DNA of 64,000 nt from Spirochaetia bacterium (GTDB lineage Bacteria; Spirochaetota; Spirochaetia; DSM-2461). A program made the position numbers and the translations under genes. Position 1 is the first letter of the stretch; every line of letters begins with the position of its first letter. This document shows positions 18,396 through 28,948 of the stretch, one piece after another. The notes under the pieces are model-generated. The model was not told where the DNA came from. It ran no database searches and saw only the letters and a list, made by a program, of their open reading frames with translations. The DNA lies in contig OY764216.1 of the NCBI GenBank assembly GCA_963668315.1, positions 5,560,498-5,624,497 on the forward strand, written 5' to 3'.

Positions 18396-20050
18396 CAGAG
18401 CGGGGGACGAGGAGCTTGCATGGGGGCGCCTTCGTAGCCGGGATCCTGGGGCGGAGCCGCCTGGGTGGGCTGAGCAGGCTGACCGGGCTGAGCCGGCTGA
18501 GCAGGTTGACCAGGCTGACCGGCAGCCACAGGCGGCAACGGCGTCGGAGCGTTCAAGCGAATCTGCCAGCCTCCGCCCAAGGCGCGGTAGAGCTCAATCA
18601 GGTTCTGAGCCACGGCTCCTTCCGCCACGGCGAGTTGGTCCTGTTGCTGCGTGAGAGACTGCTGGACAATGGACACGCGGTTGAAGTCGACCGCTCCCTC
18701 CCGGTACTGGGCCATGACGATTTCGACGGACTGGCCGGCTGCGTCCGCACTGCGAGCGACCGCAAGGAGCCGCTGCTGGGCATTCAGGAACCCAATGATG
18801 GCGTTCTCCGCTTCGGCGTTGGCCTTCAGGACCGTCTCCTGGTATTGAACGGCAAGCTGTTGGAAGCGGGCATCCTGAACGCGAATGTCGTTGACCAGCC
18901 GTCCGTAGTTGAGAATGTTCCAACTGAACGAGGGACCAACGCTCCCGGCAACCGAGCTGGCCTTGAAGAGATCCGTGAAGTTGATGGCTTCGAGCTGAAT
19001 CGCCCCGCCGATGGCGAAATGAGGATACAACTCGGCGGTGGCCACGCCGATCATGGCGCTCTGCGCGGCTACCTGTCGCTCTGCTTGGCGAACATCCGGA
19101 CGACGACGGAGCAAGTCGGCGGGAATGCCGACCGCCACTTGCGCCGGAGCCTTGGGAACGCCCTTGCTTTCCTTGAGAATCTCGTCCAGGTTGTGAGGGG
19201 GCATGGCCAGGAGAATGCAGAGTTGGTTAATCGCCTGGCGGCGGGCCGTCTCCAGTTCGTAGATGGCGGCCTCCGTATTGGCAAGGTCGGACTCGCCTTG
19301 CGTCACGTCGAGACGAGTCACCGTGCCTTCGCGGAACCGATGCTCCGCGATCGTCAGGTTCTTCTGCTGAATACGCACGTTTTCGCGAGCGTAGACGAGC
19401 CGTTCCTCCGCAATGCGGATGTTCGCATAGGTCTGAGCCACTTCTGAGATGAGGAGCACGAGAACGTCGTCGTAGCTCTCCACGGAGGCGTCCAGATTGG
19501 CATCGGCCGCCTCGACGGCACGGCGGAAACGACCCCAGAAATCCAGTTCCCAGGCCAGATTTCCACCGACGGTCCAGGCGTCGTATTCGCTGCTGAAGAG
19601 CGCCCCGAAGCGGCTGTTCCCGCTCGTGCCGGTACGCGTGTAGTCGCCTGTGGCTTGTTGCTGCTGGGGCAGCAGGTTGCCCGCGGCGATGCCCCTTTGA
19701 GCCCGGGCTTCAAGGATCCGCAGTCCCGCGACTCGCAGAGTGAGGTTCTCCTCGTAGGCCGTCGCGACGAGCACGTCGAGCACGGGGTCGTTGAAGGTTC
19801 GCCACCACTCGGGATCGCCGGCCCGCGACGTGTCGAGGTGCGCCTGCTCGGCATCGATCCACTCCTGCGAGACGGGAGCGGCGGGCCGGCAGTAGTTGGG
19901 ACCGACCTTGAAGCCGTTGGCCAAGTATTCCCGGGTGCTTGTGCAACCGGCCAGCAGCGTCAGGAGCAGAATGCCCGCTATGGTCGAGGTCGTGCGAGGC
20001 GAACCGGCACGGGGGGGGTGGTGTGACGCAGCTTCTAGCGAAAATGCCAT
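18395..20050 (-). CDS. RND efflux outer membrane factor, NodT/TolC family lipoprotein
   Basis: Lipobox LLAGC; VGPNY, WWRTFNDPVLD, WELDFWGRFRR, PADLLRRRPDVRQAE, LYRALGGGW. Confidence 0.92.
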   Translation of the reverse strand: MAFSLEAASHHPPRAGSPRTTSTIAGILLLTLLAGCTSTREYLANGFKVGPNYCRPAAPVSQEWIDAEQAHLDTSRAGDPEWWRTFNDPVLDVLVATAYEENLTLRVAGLRILEARAQRGIAAGNLLPQQQQATGDYTRTGTSGNSRFGALFSSEYDAWTVGGNLAWELDFWGRFRRAVEAADANLDASVESYDDVLVLLISEVAQTYANIRIAEERLVYARENVRIQQKNLTIAEHRFREGTVTRLDVTQGESDLANTEAAIYELETARRQAINQLCILLAMPPHNLDEILKESKGVPKAPAQVAVGIPADLLRRRPDVRQAERQVAAQSAMIGVATAELYPHFAIGGAIQLEAINFTDLFKASSVAGSVGPSFSWNILNYGRLVNDIRVQDARFQQLAVQYQETVLKANAEAENAIIGFLNAQQRLLAVARSADAAGQSVEIVMAQYREGAVDFNRVSIVQQSLTQQQDQLAVAEGAVAQNLIELYRALGGGWQIRLNAPTPLPPVAAGQPGQPAQPAQPGQPAQPTQAAPPQDPGYEGAPMQAPRPPL

Positions 20051-20321
20051 GGTCGTCTCTCCGCGACAATCGTGTTTCCAGGACTCATCGCTAGAATCGG
20101 CCTTGAGCATCCGATGTGCGCAGCATTTATCGCAAAGGAGGTATTTGCGATACAGTCCGCACGTGCCGGACAAGCGCTGCCTCGCGCACAGTCGTCAAGG
20201 TTTGCCTAACTGGCACGACAGGCGGGCCGGGAGAAGTGTGAGAAAGGAGCAAGAGAGCCGCCCACACGCGGACTGAGACGGTGTTTTCCGGTTCGCAAGA
20301 GCCGGGCCTACGCTCAAGTGA

Positions 20322-20524
20322 CGGGTGGCACGCTCAGAGCCCAAGCGATGGGCGTGGTGATCTAAGCGTCCACGCCCATCGCTTCGCTCTGGGCGTGCCA
20401 CCCACCGCGGAAGGCAATGTTCTGAAACGTCTGGCTCTTAGGGCAGGCCATCTGTTGGAGTCCGGCCTTTGGGTTGTCTTCCACACGCTAAAGCGTGGAC
20501 TCCAACGCTCTGAGCGTGCCACCC
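20322..20524. repeat. Cluster of REP hairpins (gggtggcacgc...gcgtgccaccc family plus gttggagtcc...ggactccaac family)
   Basis: Long inverted repeat 20322-20403; a second family at 20454-20506; a further arm ctctgagcgtgccaccc ending at 20524. Confidence 0.8.
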
Positions 20525-20546
20525 AGTTCACTGGACTTTCTGCGGA

Positions 20547-23500
20547 TCACGCCGACTGCACATCAGGCGGCGCTGGTTTGGCCTTCGCGCCGAAGAAAGC
20601 GGAAACGATGACGAAGAACAGGGGAATGAAGATCAGGTCGATGAAGGTGGCCGAGAGCATCCCGCCCGTGACGGCCGTTCCGATGCCATTCATGGCCCCG
20701 GCGCCGGCGCCGGTGGCAAGGGCCAGCGGCAGGGTGCCGAAGAAGAAGGCCAGGGAGGTCATGATGACCGGGCGGAAACGGATTCGAACGGCCGACAAGG
20801 TTGCCTCGATGAGCCCTTGGCCCTGCCTCATTTCTTCCTGGATGAACTGGATGATCAGGATGGCGTTCTTCGTCGAAAGTCCGAGGGTGGTCAGGAACCC
20901 GATCTGGAAGTAGACGTCGTTCGACAATCCTCGCATCGAAGTTGCCGCCAACGCGCCGAACACGCCCAGGGGCAACATGAGCAGGTTCACGAAGGGGATC
21001 GTCCAGCTTTCATACAGGGCGGCCACGCAGAGAAAAATCACGAGGATCGAGAAGGCGTAGAGGAGCGGGGCCTGCGCCGTCGACATTCGCTCCTGATAGG
21101 AGATCCCCGTATAGTCGTAGCCGATGCCCGAGGGCAACTGGGCGACGGCTTCCTCCAGGGCCTCCATGGCCTCCCCCGTACTGTGCCCGGCCGACGGTTC
21201 CGCCAGAATGTTGAGCGATGGGAATCCGTTAAACCGCTCCAGACGCGGGGAGTTGGACGACCAACGTCCGGAGGCGAAAGCGCTGTAGGGCACCATCTTG
21301 CCTTCTTGATTGCGGACGTAGACTCTTTCCAGGTCCTCGGGCAACATGCGATAGGGCGCGTCGGCCTGGACGTAGACACGTTTGACACGCCCGTCTTTGA
21401 TGAAGTTGTTCACATAGGAACTGCCGAAGGCCGCCGAGAGGGTCGTGTGGATCGACGTGATCGGGACCAACTGCGCCCCGGCGGCGTCCTTATCGACGTC
21501 GATGCGGTATTCCGACACGTCCTCCAGCCCGTTGGCTCGCACCGTATGCGGGTTGAGACGCGGATCTTTGCGGGCCAGTTCCAGAAACTGATCGCGAGCC
21601 GCCATCAACTCGAGGTGGCCCAGCCCGCCCCGATCCACCAATTGAAAATCCACTCCCGTCGCATTCCCCAATTCACTGACGGGAGGCGGTGGGAAGGCGA
21701 AGAACATCGCGTTGCGGAGAGAGGACAAGGCGCCCATGGCACGTCCGGCAACGGGGCCGGCTTTGAGCTCCGGACGGTTTCGTTCGGCCCAGTCCTTCAA
21801 TTTGACGAACACCATGGCGCTGTTCTGAGACCGGCCCGCAAAACTGAATCCGCAGATGGTCATGCAGGAGGCGACCGCCTCTTGCTCGTGCTCCTGGAAA
21901 TAGGCGGCCACTTCGTCCGCCATTTCCTGGGTCTGTTCGAGAGTGCTTCCCTTGGGCAGCGAAAGCTGGCAGAAAATCATCCCCTGGTCCTCGTCGGGGA
22001 GGAACGAACTGGGAAGCTTGACATACAAATAACCCACCGCCGTGACGATGACCACGTAGATGAACACATAACGCAGCTTCTTCGCCAGCGAGTGGCCGAC
22101 CAATCCCACGTAGCGATCTCGGATTGCGAAGAAGATCCGGTCGAACCAGCGGAAGAAGGGGCGAAGGAAGAAGATCGCGTTTTCGCTCGGCTCGTGGCCT
22201 CGCACCACGGGGCGGAGGAAGGTCGCGCAGAGCACCGGCGTGAGGATCAGGGCGACCACCACCGAGAGCATCATGGCGGCGATGATCGTCACGGAGAACT
22301 GGCGATAAATCACCCCTGTTGAACCGGGGAAGAAGGCCATGGGGCCAAACACGGCCGACAGCACCAGTCCAATGCCGATCAGGGCACTCGTGATCTGGTC
22401 CATCGACTTGGCGGTCGCTTCCCGCGGCGGCAGGCCTTCTTCGGCCATGATCCGTTCCACATTCTCGACCACGACGATCGCGTCGTCGACCAGGAGCCCG
22501 ATGGCCAGCACCATGGCGAACATGGTGAGCATGTTGATCGAATAGTCCAACGCCCCCAACACGGCAAAGGTGCCCAGAAGCACGACGGGCACTGCAATCG
22601 TCGGAATCAGGGTGGCCCGGATGTTCCCCATGAACAGGTACATGACCAGGAACACGAGCACCACGGCCTCGAACAGTGTCTTCACCACCTCTTCAATGGC
22701 CACTTCGATGAAGGGCGTGGTCTCGTGAGGGTAGATGACCTTCATCCCTTCCGGGAAATAGCGGCTCATCTCGTCGAGCTTGGCCTTGATGGCGTTGGCC
22801 GTATCGAGGGCATTGGCCCCGGGGGCCTGCCGAATCGCAAGTCCCGCGGTCGGCTGGCCATTGAAGAAGACTCGGATGTTGTAGGCTTCGGTTCCCAGTT
22901 CGGTTCGTCCTATGTCCTTGATGCGGATAATCGAGCCGTCCGGGTTGATCCGCACCGGAATGTCGGCGAATTCATCCGGGGTCTGCAGCAGGTTCTGCAC
23001 CACGATCGACGCGTTGAGCCGTTGCCCTTCCACCGCCGGGGCTCCACCGAACTGCCCGGCGGAAACCTCGACGTTGTAGTTCTGAAGCGAGGCGATTACG
23101 TCTTCCACCGTCAACTGGTATTCGGTCAGTTTGTCGGGGTTCAGCCAAACCCGCATGGCGTACTGGGTCCCGAAAGCCATCACCTCTCCCACGCCAGGGA
23201 CGCGGGCAAGCACCTTCTCCAGGTTCGATTGGGCATAGTCGCGCAAGTCGTTGCCGTCCATGCTGCCGTCTTCGGAAGTCAGACCCACGATCAACAGGAA
23301 GTTTCGCGTCGACTTGTTCACGGAGACGCCGGATCGCTGCACGACTTCGGGCAAACTGGTCATGGCCAGTTGCAGCTTGTTCTGCACCTTGGCCCATGCC
23401 AGGTCGGGATCCGTTCCCGGCTTGAACGTCAACTCGATGCGAGAGGAGCCGGACGAATCGCTTGTGCCCGACAAATACAGCATGTCGTCGAAACCCGTCA

Positions 23501-23708
23501 TCTTCTGTTCGATGATCTGGGTGACGCTGTTCTCGACCGTCTCAGCCGAGGCTCCCGGATACATGCAGTCGATGGCGATCGATGGCGGAGCGATCGGGGG
23601 ATACTGGGATATCGGCAGATGATAGATCGCCAGGCACCCCAGCACCATCATGATGATGGCAATCACCCAGGCAAAAACGGGACGATCCAGGAAAAATCTC
23701 GAAAGCAC
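20547..23708 (-). CDS. acrB: Multidrug efflux RND permease, HAE1 family (AcrB/MexB-like)
   Basis: MLSRFFLDRPVFAWVIAI, QYPPIAPP, YPGASAETV, AIGLLVDDAIVVVENVER, RFRPVIMTSLAF; 1053 aa. Confidence 0.95.
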   Translation of the reverse strand: MLSRFFLDRPVFAWVIAIIMMVLGCLAIYHLPISQYPPIAPPSIAIDCMYPGASAETVENSVTQIIEQKMTGFDDMLYLSGTSDSSGSSRIELTFKPGTDPDLAWAKVQNKLQLAMTSLPEVVQRSGVSVNKSTRNFLLIVGLTSEDGSMDGNDLRDYAQSNLEKVLARVPGVGEVMAFGTQYAMRVWLNPDKLTEYQLTVEDVIASLQNYNVEVSAGQFGGAPAVEGQRLNASIVVQNLLQTPDEFADIPVRINPDGSIIRIKDIGRTELGTEAYNIRVFFNGQPTAGLAIRQAPGANALDTANAIKAKLDEMSRYFPEGMKVIYPHETTPFIEVAIEEVVKTLFEAVVLVFLVMYLFMGNIRATLIPTIAVPVVLLGTFAVLGALDYSINMLTMFAMVLAIGLLVDDAIVVVENVERIMAEEGLPPREATAKSMDQITSALIGIGLVLSAVFGPMAFFPGSTGVIYRQFSVTIIAAMMLSVVVALILTPVLCATFLRPVVRGHEPSENAIFFLRPFFRWFDRIFFAIRDRYVGLVGHSLAKKLRYVFIYVVIVTAVGYLYVKLPSSFLPDEDQGMIFCQLSLPKGSTLEQTQEMADEVAAYFQEHEQEAVASCMTICGFSFAGRSQNSAMVFVKLKDWAERNRPELKAGPVAGRAMGALSSLRNAMFFAFPPPPVSELGNATGVDFQLVDRGGLGHLELMAARDQFLELARKDPRLNPHTVRANGLEDVSEYRIDVDKDAAGAQLVPITSIHTTLSAAFGSSYVNNFIKDGRVKRVYVQADAPYRMLPEDLERVYVRNQEGKMVPYSAFASGRWSSNSPRLERFNGFPSLNILAEPSAGHSTGEAMEALEEAVAQLPSGIGYDYTGISYQERMSTAQAPLLYAFSILVIFLCVAALYESWTIPFVNLLMLPLGVFGALAATSMRGLSNDVYFQIGFLTTLGLSTKNAILIIQFIQEEMRQGQGLIEATLSAVRIRFRPVIMTSLAFFFGTLPLALATGAGAGAMNGIGTAVTGGMLSATFIDLIFIPLFFVIVSAFFGAKAKPAPPDVQSA

Positions 23709-23763
23709 CGTGGGACTCCGTCAGTTCGATCAAGGGGGGCGGGGCGGGACCAGCCGATTGCGT

Positions 23764-25071
23764 TCAGAGAGCAGCTTGGGCCGTGTCGGCGGCGTCCGTC
23801 GTGGCCGCAGGTTGGGGGTTGAATGGGATTGCTTTGACCGTCGAATTCGGACGCGCCTTCTGACTGCCCTCGACGATCACCTGGTCACCTGCGGCAAGCC
23901 CGGAAGAGATCAGCCACTTATCACCCAACGCTCGATCCGTCACGAGCGCTCGTTGCTCCACTTTCCCTTCGGCGTCCACCACCAGGGCGGTTGGATTGCC
24001 TTTGGGATCACGATGCACGGCCTGTTGGGGAACAAGAATGGCTTGCTCATTGACGCCCTCCTCGACCACGGCGCGGACGAACATGCCCGGCAGGAGAATT
24101 CGATCCGGATTGGGAACCTCGATCCGCACGATCACCGAACCGGTCGTGGGATCGACGGTCACGTCGCGAAACTTGAGGGCTCCCTCGATCGGAAAGACCG
24201 AACCGTCCTCCAGGAGGATCTTGACCTTGTCCGTGCCAATGTCTTTCAACGAACCGTGGCTCATCCTCTGCCTCAGACGGGTCAGTTCCGCCGTCGATTG
24301 AGGCACGTCCACGTAGATCGGATGGAACTGCTGAATTGTGGCCAGAGGCGTTGCCTGATAGGCCGTGACGATCGCTCCCTCGGTCACCTCCGAGCGACCA
24401 ATTCGCCCAGTGATCGGAGCAACGATCCTGGTGTAGTCCACGTTGATGCGGGCCGTTTCAACAGCGGCTTTGGCCTGCTCAATGGCGGCTTCGGCTGCCT
24501 TGACGGCTTCACGTTGGCTCTCCACCTCGGCCTGGGCCTCCTTGAGAGCGGCATCGGCCACCTCGACATCGGCAACGGCCTGGTCGACTTCCATTGCCGA
24601 GACCGCGTCCGTCTTCACGAGCTTCGTCTTGCGATCCCGATTGGTGATCGCCAGATTGAGGACCGATTCGAACTTCTTCAAACCGGCGATGCTCGCTTGA
24701 AGGGCCGCCTTGGCCTGCTCGGCACTCTGCTTCGCCGAAGCGGCCGTGGCCACCGCACTATCGTAGGCCGCCTGGTAGGGGGCGGGGTCGATCTGGTAGA
24801 GGAGATCCCCTTTTTCCACGTCGGCCCCTTCCGTGAAGAATCGCTTCTGGAGCAGTCCGTTCACCTGGGGACGGATTTCCGCGATCAGGAAGCCCGCCGT
24901 TCGCCCCGGCAGTTCCGAGGTGAGCAGCACCGATTGAGGCTCAACGGTGACCACCGACACTTCCGGCGGACCGCCCGGAGGCGGGCCTTGGGCCTCCCGA
25001 TGACAACCTGCCAACGGGAAAATCGCTGGCAGGACCAGCAAAACAGTAGCTCTTAACGTGTGCCGATGCAT
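23764..25071 (-). CDS. acrA: RND efflux periplasmic adaptor subunit (AcrA/MexA-like)
   Basis: Lipobox LAGC; LPGRT..AEIRPQVNG, LYQIDPAPYQA, APITGRIGRS, VDPTTGSV, LLPGMFV. Confidence 0.93.
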   Translation of the reverse strand: MHRHTLRATVLLVLPAIFPLAGCHREAQGPPPGGPPEVSVVTVEPQSVLLTSELPGRTAGFLIAEIRPQVNGLLQKRFFTEGADVEKGDLLYQIDPAPYQAAYDSAVATAASAKQSAEQAKAALQASIAGLKKFESVLNLAITNRDRKTKLVKTDAVSAMEVDQAVADVEVADAALKEAQAEVESQREAVKAAEAAIEQAKAAVETARINVDYTRIVAPITGRIGRSEVTEGAIVTAYQATPLATIQQFHPIYVDVPQSTAELTRLRQRMSHGSLKDIGTDKVKILLEDGSVFPIEGALKFRDVTVDPTTGSVIVRIEVPNPDRILLPGMFVRAVVEEGVNEQAILVPQQAVHRDPKGNPTALVVDAEGKVEQRALVTDRALGDKWLISSGLAAGDQVIVEGSQKARPNSTVKAIPFNPQPAATTDAADTAQAAL

Positions 25072-25155
25072 GGAAGTGCTCCAGAAAACCAAAACCTGCT
25101 ATCAGCCGATTAAACACCGCCGAGTCCGCGAACGGACCTCTCGCAATCATGCCAA

Positions 25156-25776
25156 TCAACCGATTTGTCTCTTCTCCACCGAAATCCCATTCAGGAACGT
25201 ATTCAAAATCAACCGACAAAGCGCTTCCCTTTGTTCCGGCTCCTCAAGCGGTGGTCCGCTTCTCAGCACTCCCCGGCAGAGCCCGAAATACATGTGGGCC
25301 ATCATGGCCGGATCGCCTGGTTGAAATGCTCCTTCGGCAATCCCCTGGCGAAACAAACGCTCAAACTGCTTGCTGACCGCATCCGCCGTCCGACGCACCG
25401 AGGACTGGAGGAGACTGTGGGCGTTCGCGTCATCGAAAAGGAGCCGGTGAGCTCTCAAATGCCGCGCTATGTGATCGAAAAACCAGCGAAGCTGTTCGGC
25501 CAGCTTCTCAACGGCCGGTTGCTTCCGGCCCGCCAACTCCTCAAAAACCTCGAAGACGGGTTCCGTCAACTTGGCATGAACAAACTCCAGGAGATCCCTC
25601 TTGCTGTGGAAATATCGATACAGGCTCCCTTTGGCCACCCGAGCTGCCGATGCCACCCGGTCCATGGTCATGCCTTCTGCGCCGTGTTGGTCGAGAACCG
25701 AAATGGTCGCTTCGAAAAACGCCTCTTTCATCAGTCCGTCGACGGCCTGTTTTCGTATCTCCGTCAGTCTAGGCAT
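25156..25776 (-). CDS. TetR/AcrR family transcriptional regulator
   Basis: HTH GMTMDRVASAARVAKGSLYRYFHSKRDL; GGAGA RBS; first gene of the efflux operon. Confidence 0.92.
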   Translation of the reverse strand: MPRLTEIRKQAVDGLMKEAFFEATISVLDQHGAEGMTMDRVASAARVAKGSLYRYFHSKRDLLEFVHAKLTEPVFEVFEELAGRKQPAVEKLAEQLRWFFDHIARHLRAHRLLFDDANAHSLLQSSVRRTADAVSKQFERLFRQGIAEGAFQPGDPAMMAHMYFGLCRGVLRSGPPLEEPEQREALCRLILNTFLNGISVEKRQIG

Positions 25777-25804
25777 ATCCTCTCCCTTCTTGCCTCCTAA
25801 GTCT

Positions 25805-25833
25805 ATTTTGCCGACTGGCCAGTCAGTTTTCAA
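25805..25833 (-). promoter_or_regulatory. Promoter of the tetR-acrAB operon with a palindromic operator in the spacer
   Basis: Minus strand TTGAAA-17 nt-CAAAAT; perfect palindrome GACTGGCCAGTC at 25813-25824. Confidence 0.6.
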
Positions 25834-26331
25834 GACCCCCGGGTCTAACAAGAGGGACGAATGCGCCTTTTCCGGTTAGGACAAGATTGTCGTACAGATT
25901 GTGCGGCCTGGGTCGACGTACCGCCCACCAGACAATTCTCCTCCAATGGGTGGGGATAGCGTACGCTTCAAGTTCGGTACGCTTTGGTGACCGGGCAGTC
26001 ACACGGGCTGGATGAATGGCGATCGCTTCCGTGCCGCGGGGCCAACCATCCCGTTCAACTACCCCAGAACATCTGGGACACCGGGGCGCTGTTCAAGGTT
26101 CTCCCATACCGCTTCAGGGGCAGACCAAGCCGGCTCGGTTCCCTGAACCACGCGTCTTGGGAAGGTCGCCCCAACAACGGAACACCGCCAGCCCTGGTTC
26201 TCCGGTGCGGCGGATTTCTCGGCATAAGTCGTGTGCCCTTCGATACTTGCTTGTCCTCTGGCGTTCTGGCTATACTGCAACCGCTTCACGGGGCAACGCA
26301 CGAAACCACTTCCTTGGGCGGAGATATTCCC

Positions 26332-27891
26332 ATGCCACAAACAGTGAATTCACGGCGCCTTCTTCCTCGTCATGGGATGGGCACGCTCCTGGCCCGATTG
26401 GCGATTCCCGTAGTGATGCTGGCCACCATCGCGGCGTCGATTGCCCCGGCGGAGTGCGGAGAGCCGGCGAAGGATGGCCGTGCCCCCAATTTTGTCGTCA
26501 TCTACATCGACGACATGGGCTACGGCGATATCGGGCCCTTCGGTGCCGAGGGATACGCGACTCCGAACCTGGATCGCATGGCGGAGGAGGGAAGGCGATT
26601 CACCGATTTCTACGTGACCCAGGCGGTTTGTTCGGCTTCGCGGGCCGGACTGCTTACCGGCTGCTACAACGTGCGCGTCGGGATTCTCGGAGCCCTCAGC
26701 CACAGAAACACCCACGGTATCAGCTCTGACGAGATGACGATCGCCGATGTGCTCAAGCAGAAGGGCTACGCCACGGCGTGCTACGGCAAGTGGCACCTTG
26801 GGCACCACCCCAAGTTCCTGCCGACCAATCACGGATTCGACGAGTACGTGGGCTTGCCCTATTCCAACGACATGTGGCCAGGCCATCCCACGGCCGGGAA
26901 AAACTACCCGGACCTGCCGTTGCTCCAGAATACGCACGTGATCGATGCCAACGTGACGGCCAAGGACCAGGAACAACTGACCACGCTCTACACGGACAAG
27001 GCGGTCGACTTCATTCAACGCAACAAGGAGCATCCCTTCTTCCTCTACGTTCCCCACTCGATGGTTCACGTGCCGCTCTACGTCTCCGACAAGTTTCGCG
27101 GCAAGAGCGAGCGAGGCCTCTTCGGCGACGTGGTGATGGAAATCGACTGGTCCGTGGGACGCATCCTGGAGACGATTCGGGAGAACAACCTGGAAAAAGA
27201 CACCATGGTCGTGTTCACCGCCGACAATGGTCCCTGGCTTAGCTACGGAGATCATGCCGGGACAGCCGGGCCGTTGCGCGAGGGCAAGGGGACGATGTTT
27301 GACGGCGGGTGCCGCGAACCCACGGTCATGTGGTGGCCCGGGAAGATTCCGGCAGGAACCGTGTGCTCCACCCCCGCCATGACCATCGATCTGCTCCCCA
27401 CATTTGCCACCTTGATTGGCGCCCCCCTGCCGAAGAACAAAATCGACGGCAAGAACATCTGGCCCCTGATTGCCGGCGACAAAGGAGCGACCAGCCCGCA
27501 TGAAGCGTATTTCTTCTACTATGGCAACCAACTGCAGGCCATGCGGATGGGCCAATGGAAACTCCACTTTCCCCACGGCTACCGGACCTTGTCGGGTCGC
27601 CCCGGCGGCACGGGCGGCATGCCGGTTCCTTACGATCAGGCAAAAATCGAATTGGCTCTGTTTGACCTGAACGCCGACATCGCGGAAACCACGGACGTCA
27701 AAGACCAGCATCCCGAAATCCTGGCCAAGATGCAGAAAATGGCCGACGTGATGCGCGAGGATCTTGGGGACGGCCAGAAAAAGGGCAACGGGCAACGTCA
27801 ACCAGGCCGCCTCCAACAGGATGACCTCCGCTTCGATTGGCAGCCCGGCAAACCCAACGACCCTGAACCGCACGTGGTCGATCCCAAGTAG
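26332..27891 (+). CDS. Secreted sulfatase (S1 family, arylsulfatase A-like)
   Basis: PNFVVIYIDDMGYGD, CSASRAGLLTG (formylglycine motif), GKWHLG, PHSMVHVP, ADNGP, GKGTMFDGG. Confidence 0.95.
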   Translation: MPQTVNSRRLLPRHGMGTLLARLAIPVVMLATIAASIAPAECGEPAKDGRAPNFVVIYIDDMGYGDIGPFGAEGYATPNLDRMAEEGRRFTDFYVTQAVCSASRAGLLTGCYNVRVGILGALSHRNTHGISSDEMTIADVLKQKGYATACYGKWHLGHHPKFLPTNHGFDEYVGLPYSNDMWPGHPTAGKNYPDLPLLQNTHVIDANVTAKDQEQLTTLYTDKAVDFIQRNKEHPFFLYVPHSMVHVPLYVSDKFRGKSERGLFGDVVMEIDWSVGRILETIRENNLEKDTMVVFTADNGPWLSYGDHAGTAGPLREGKGTMFDGGCREPTVMWWPGKIPAGTVCSTPAMTIDLLPTFATLIGAPLPKNKIDGKNIWPLIAGDKGATSPHEAYFFYYGNQLQAMRMGQWKLHFPHGYRTLSGRPGGTGGMPVPYDQAKIELALFDLNADIAETTDVKDQHPEILAKMQKMADVMREDLGDGQKKGNGQRQPGRLQQDDLRFDWQPGKPNDPEPHVVDPK

Positions 27892-28117
27892 CCGGGAAAC
27901 GCCCTGCCGGATTGTGCGAGCCTCCCCTGCCTTCCCTGCCCTTACAATCCGACCTTTCCCACTCAATTCCACGGCCCCCTCATCCCCCATGAGCTAGACT
28001 TTTTGGGCGGATCACTCCGATCCCCCTTGAAGTCTTGGTTCACGACCTGTGCGCACAATGCGCGTGGGGTTGTATGGAATTGGATTGCGGGCTTACCCCG
28101 CTTTGGGGAGGTGCACC

Positions 28118-28594
28118 ATGAATCGATCCCTATTGGCCGCCGTCGCCGTTCTTGCTTTTTCTGTGAACAGCGCAAACGCCCAGTCCTGGATCTTCCAGCC
28201 GGGAACGTACAGCAGAACCTCCGGACCGGCCGCTCTGCAGAATGCAGCCCCGGTGCAGTCTGCGACCGGCTCCCAATCCGTGGCGGGATCACTGTCCTCT
28301 CTCGGCTCTCAGACCGCGAACGGACCGAAAGCCTATGCTTCCTTCACGGAATCCCAGGCGGCCGCAGCGGCTACCATGCCCAAGCCTGCCTTCCAATGGG
28401 ATCCCACGGGAATTCTCGGACGAGGCCAACGGTACGAGCAATGGAGTCATGAGGAAGCCATGGAAGCCAACCGGCTGGAGACCTATGCTCGGGGAGTGCG
28501 CGATGCCGTGGGCATGCCTGTCTGGACCTGGAATCCAACCGCTTACCAGCCGCTTCCTCGGATCACCGCCCCGAAAGAAGACTTAGCGAATTAG
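28118..28594 (+). CDS. Hypothetical secreted protein
   Basis: GGGGAGG RBS; signal peptide MNRSLLAAVAVLAFSVNSANA. Confidence 0.7.
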   Translation: MNRSLLAAVAVLAFSVNSANAQSWIFQPGTYSRTSGPAALQNAAPVQSATGSQSVAGSLSSLGSQTANGPKAYASFTESQAAAAATMPKPAFQWDPTGILGRGQRYEQWSHEEAMEANRLETYARGVRDAVGMPVWTWNPTAYQPLPRITAPKEDLAN

Positions 28595-28755
28595 GCTCTG
28601 TTTCAAAACTCAAGGTGCCGGGCTTCGAGCGGCTGCACGAGCCATCCGCTGCGTTGTCCTGCATCGACATATGTCCAATATGCCTGCTTCGAACGCCTTG
28701 CGGACTGGCTCGTTCGCTCGCTCTCGGGCCTGCGGCAGACTTTTCAAACAGAGCC
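28594..28755. mobile_element. 162-bp MITE, TA-flanked (copy A)
   Basis: TIRs GGCTCTGTTT / AAACAGAGCC with TA on both sides; near-identical to 34240-34401. Confidence 0.85.
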
Positions 28756-28948
28756 TAGGACGCATCAGGAGTCCGACTCTTGAAATGGGGCGGCTCAAAG
28801 CGTTTACACGGCGGGTCGTGTATGGCATAACAGGAGGAAGCCTCGCGGCCTTGTTCATGACCGGAAACGCAAGCCCGGGGTGTTGGTGGGAACCAGGCGG
28901 CAAGACGCCGAGCGACACTCCTCTTTCACGGTTCGTGCGGTGTGAGCG

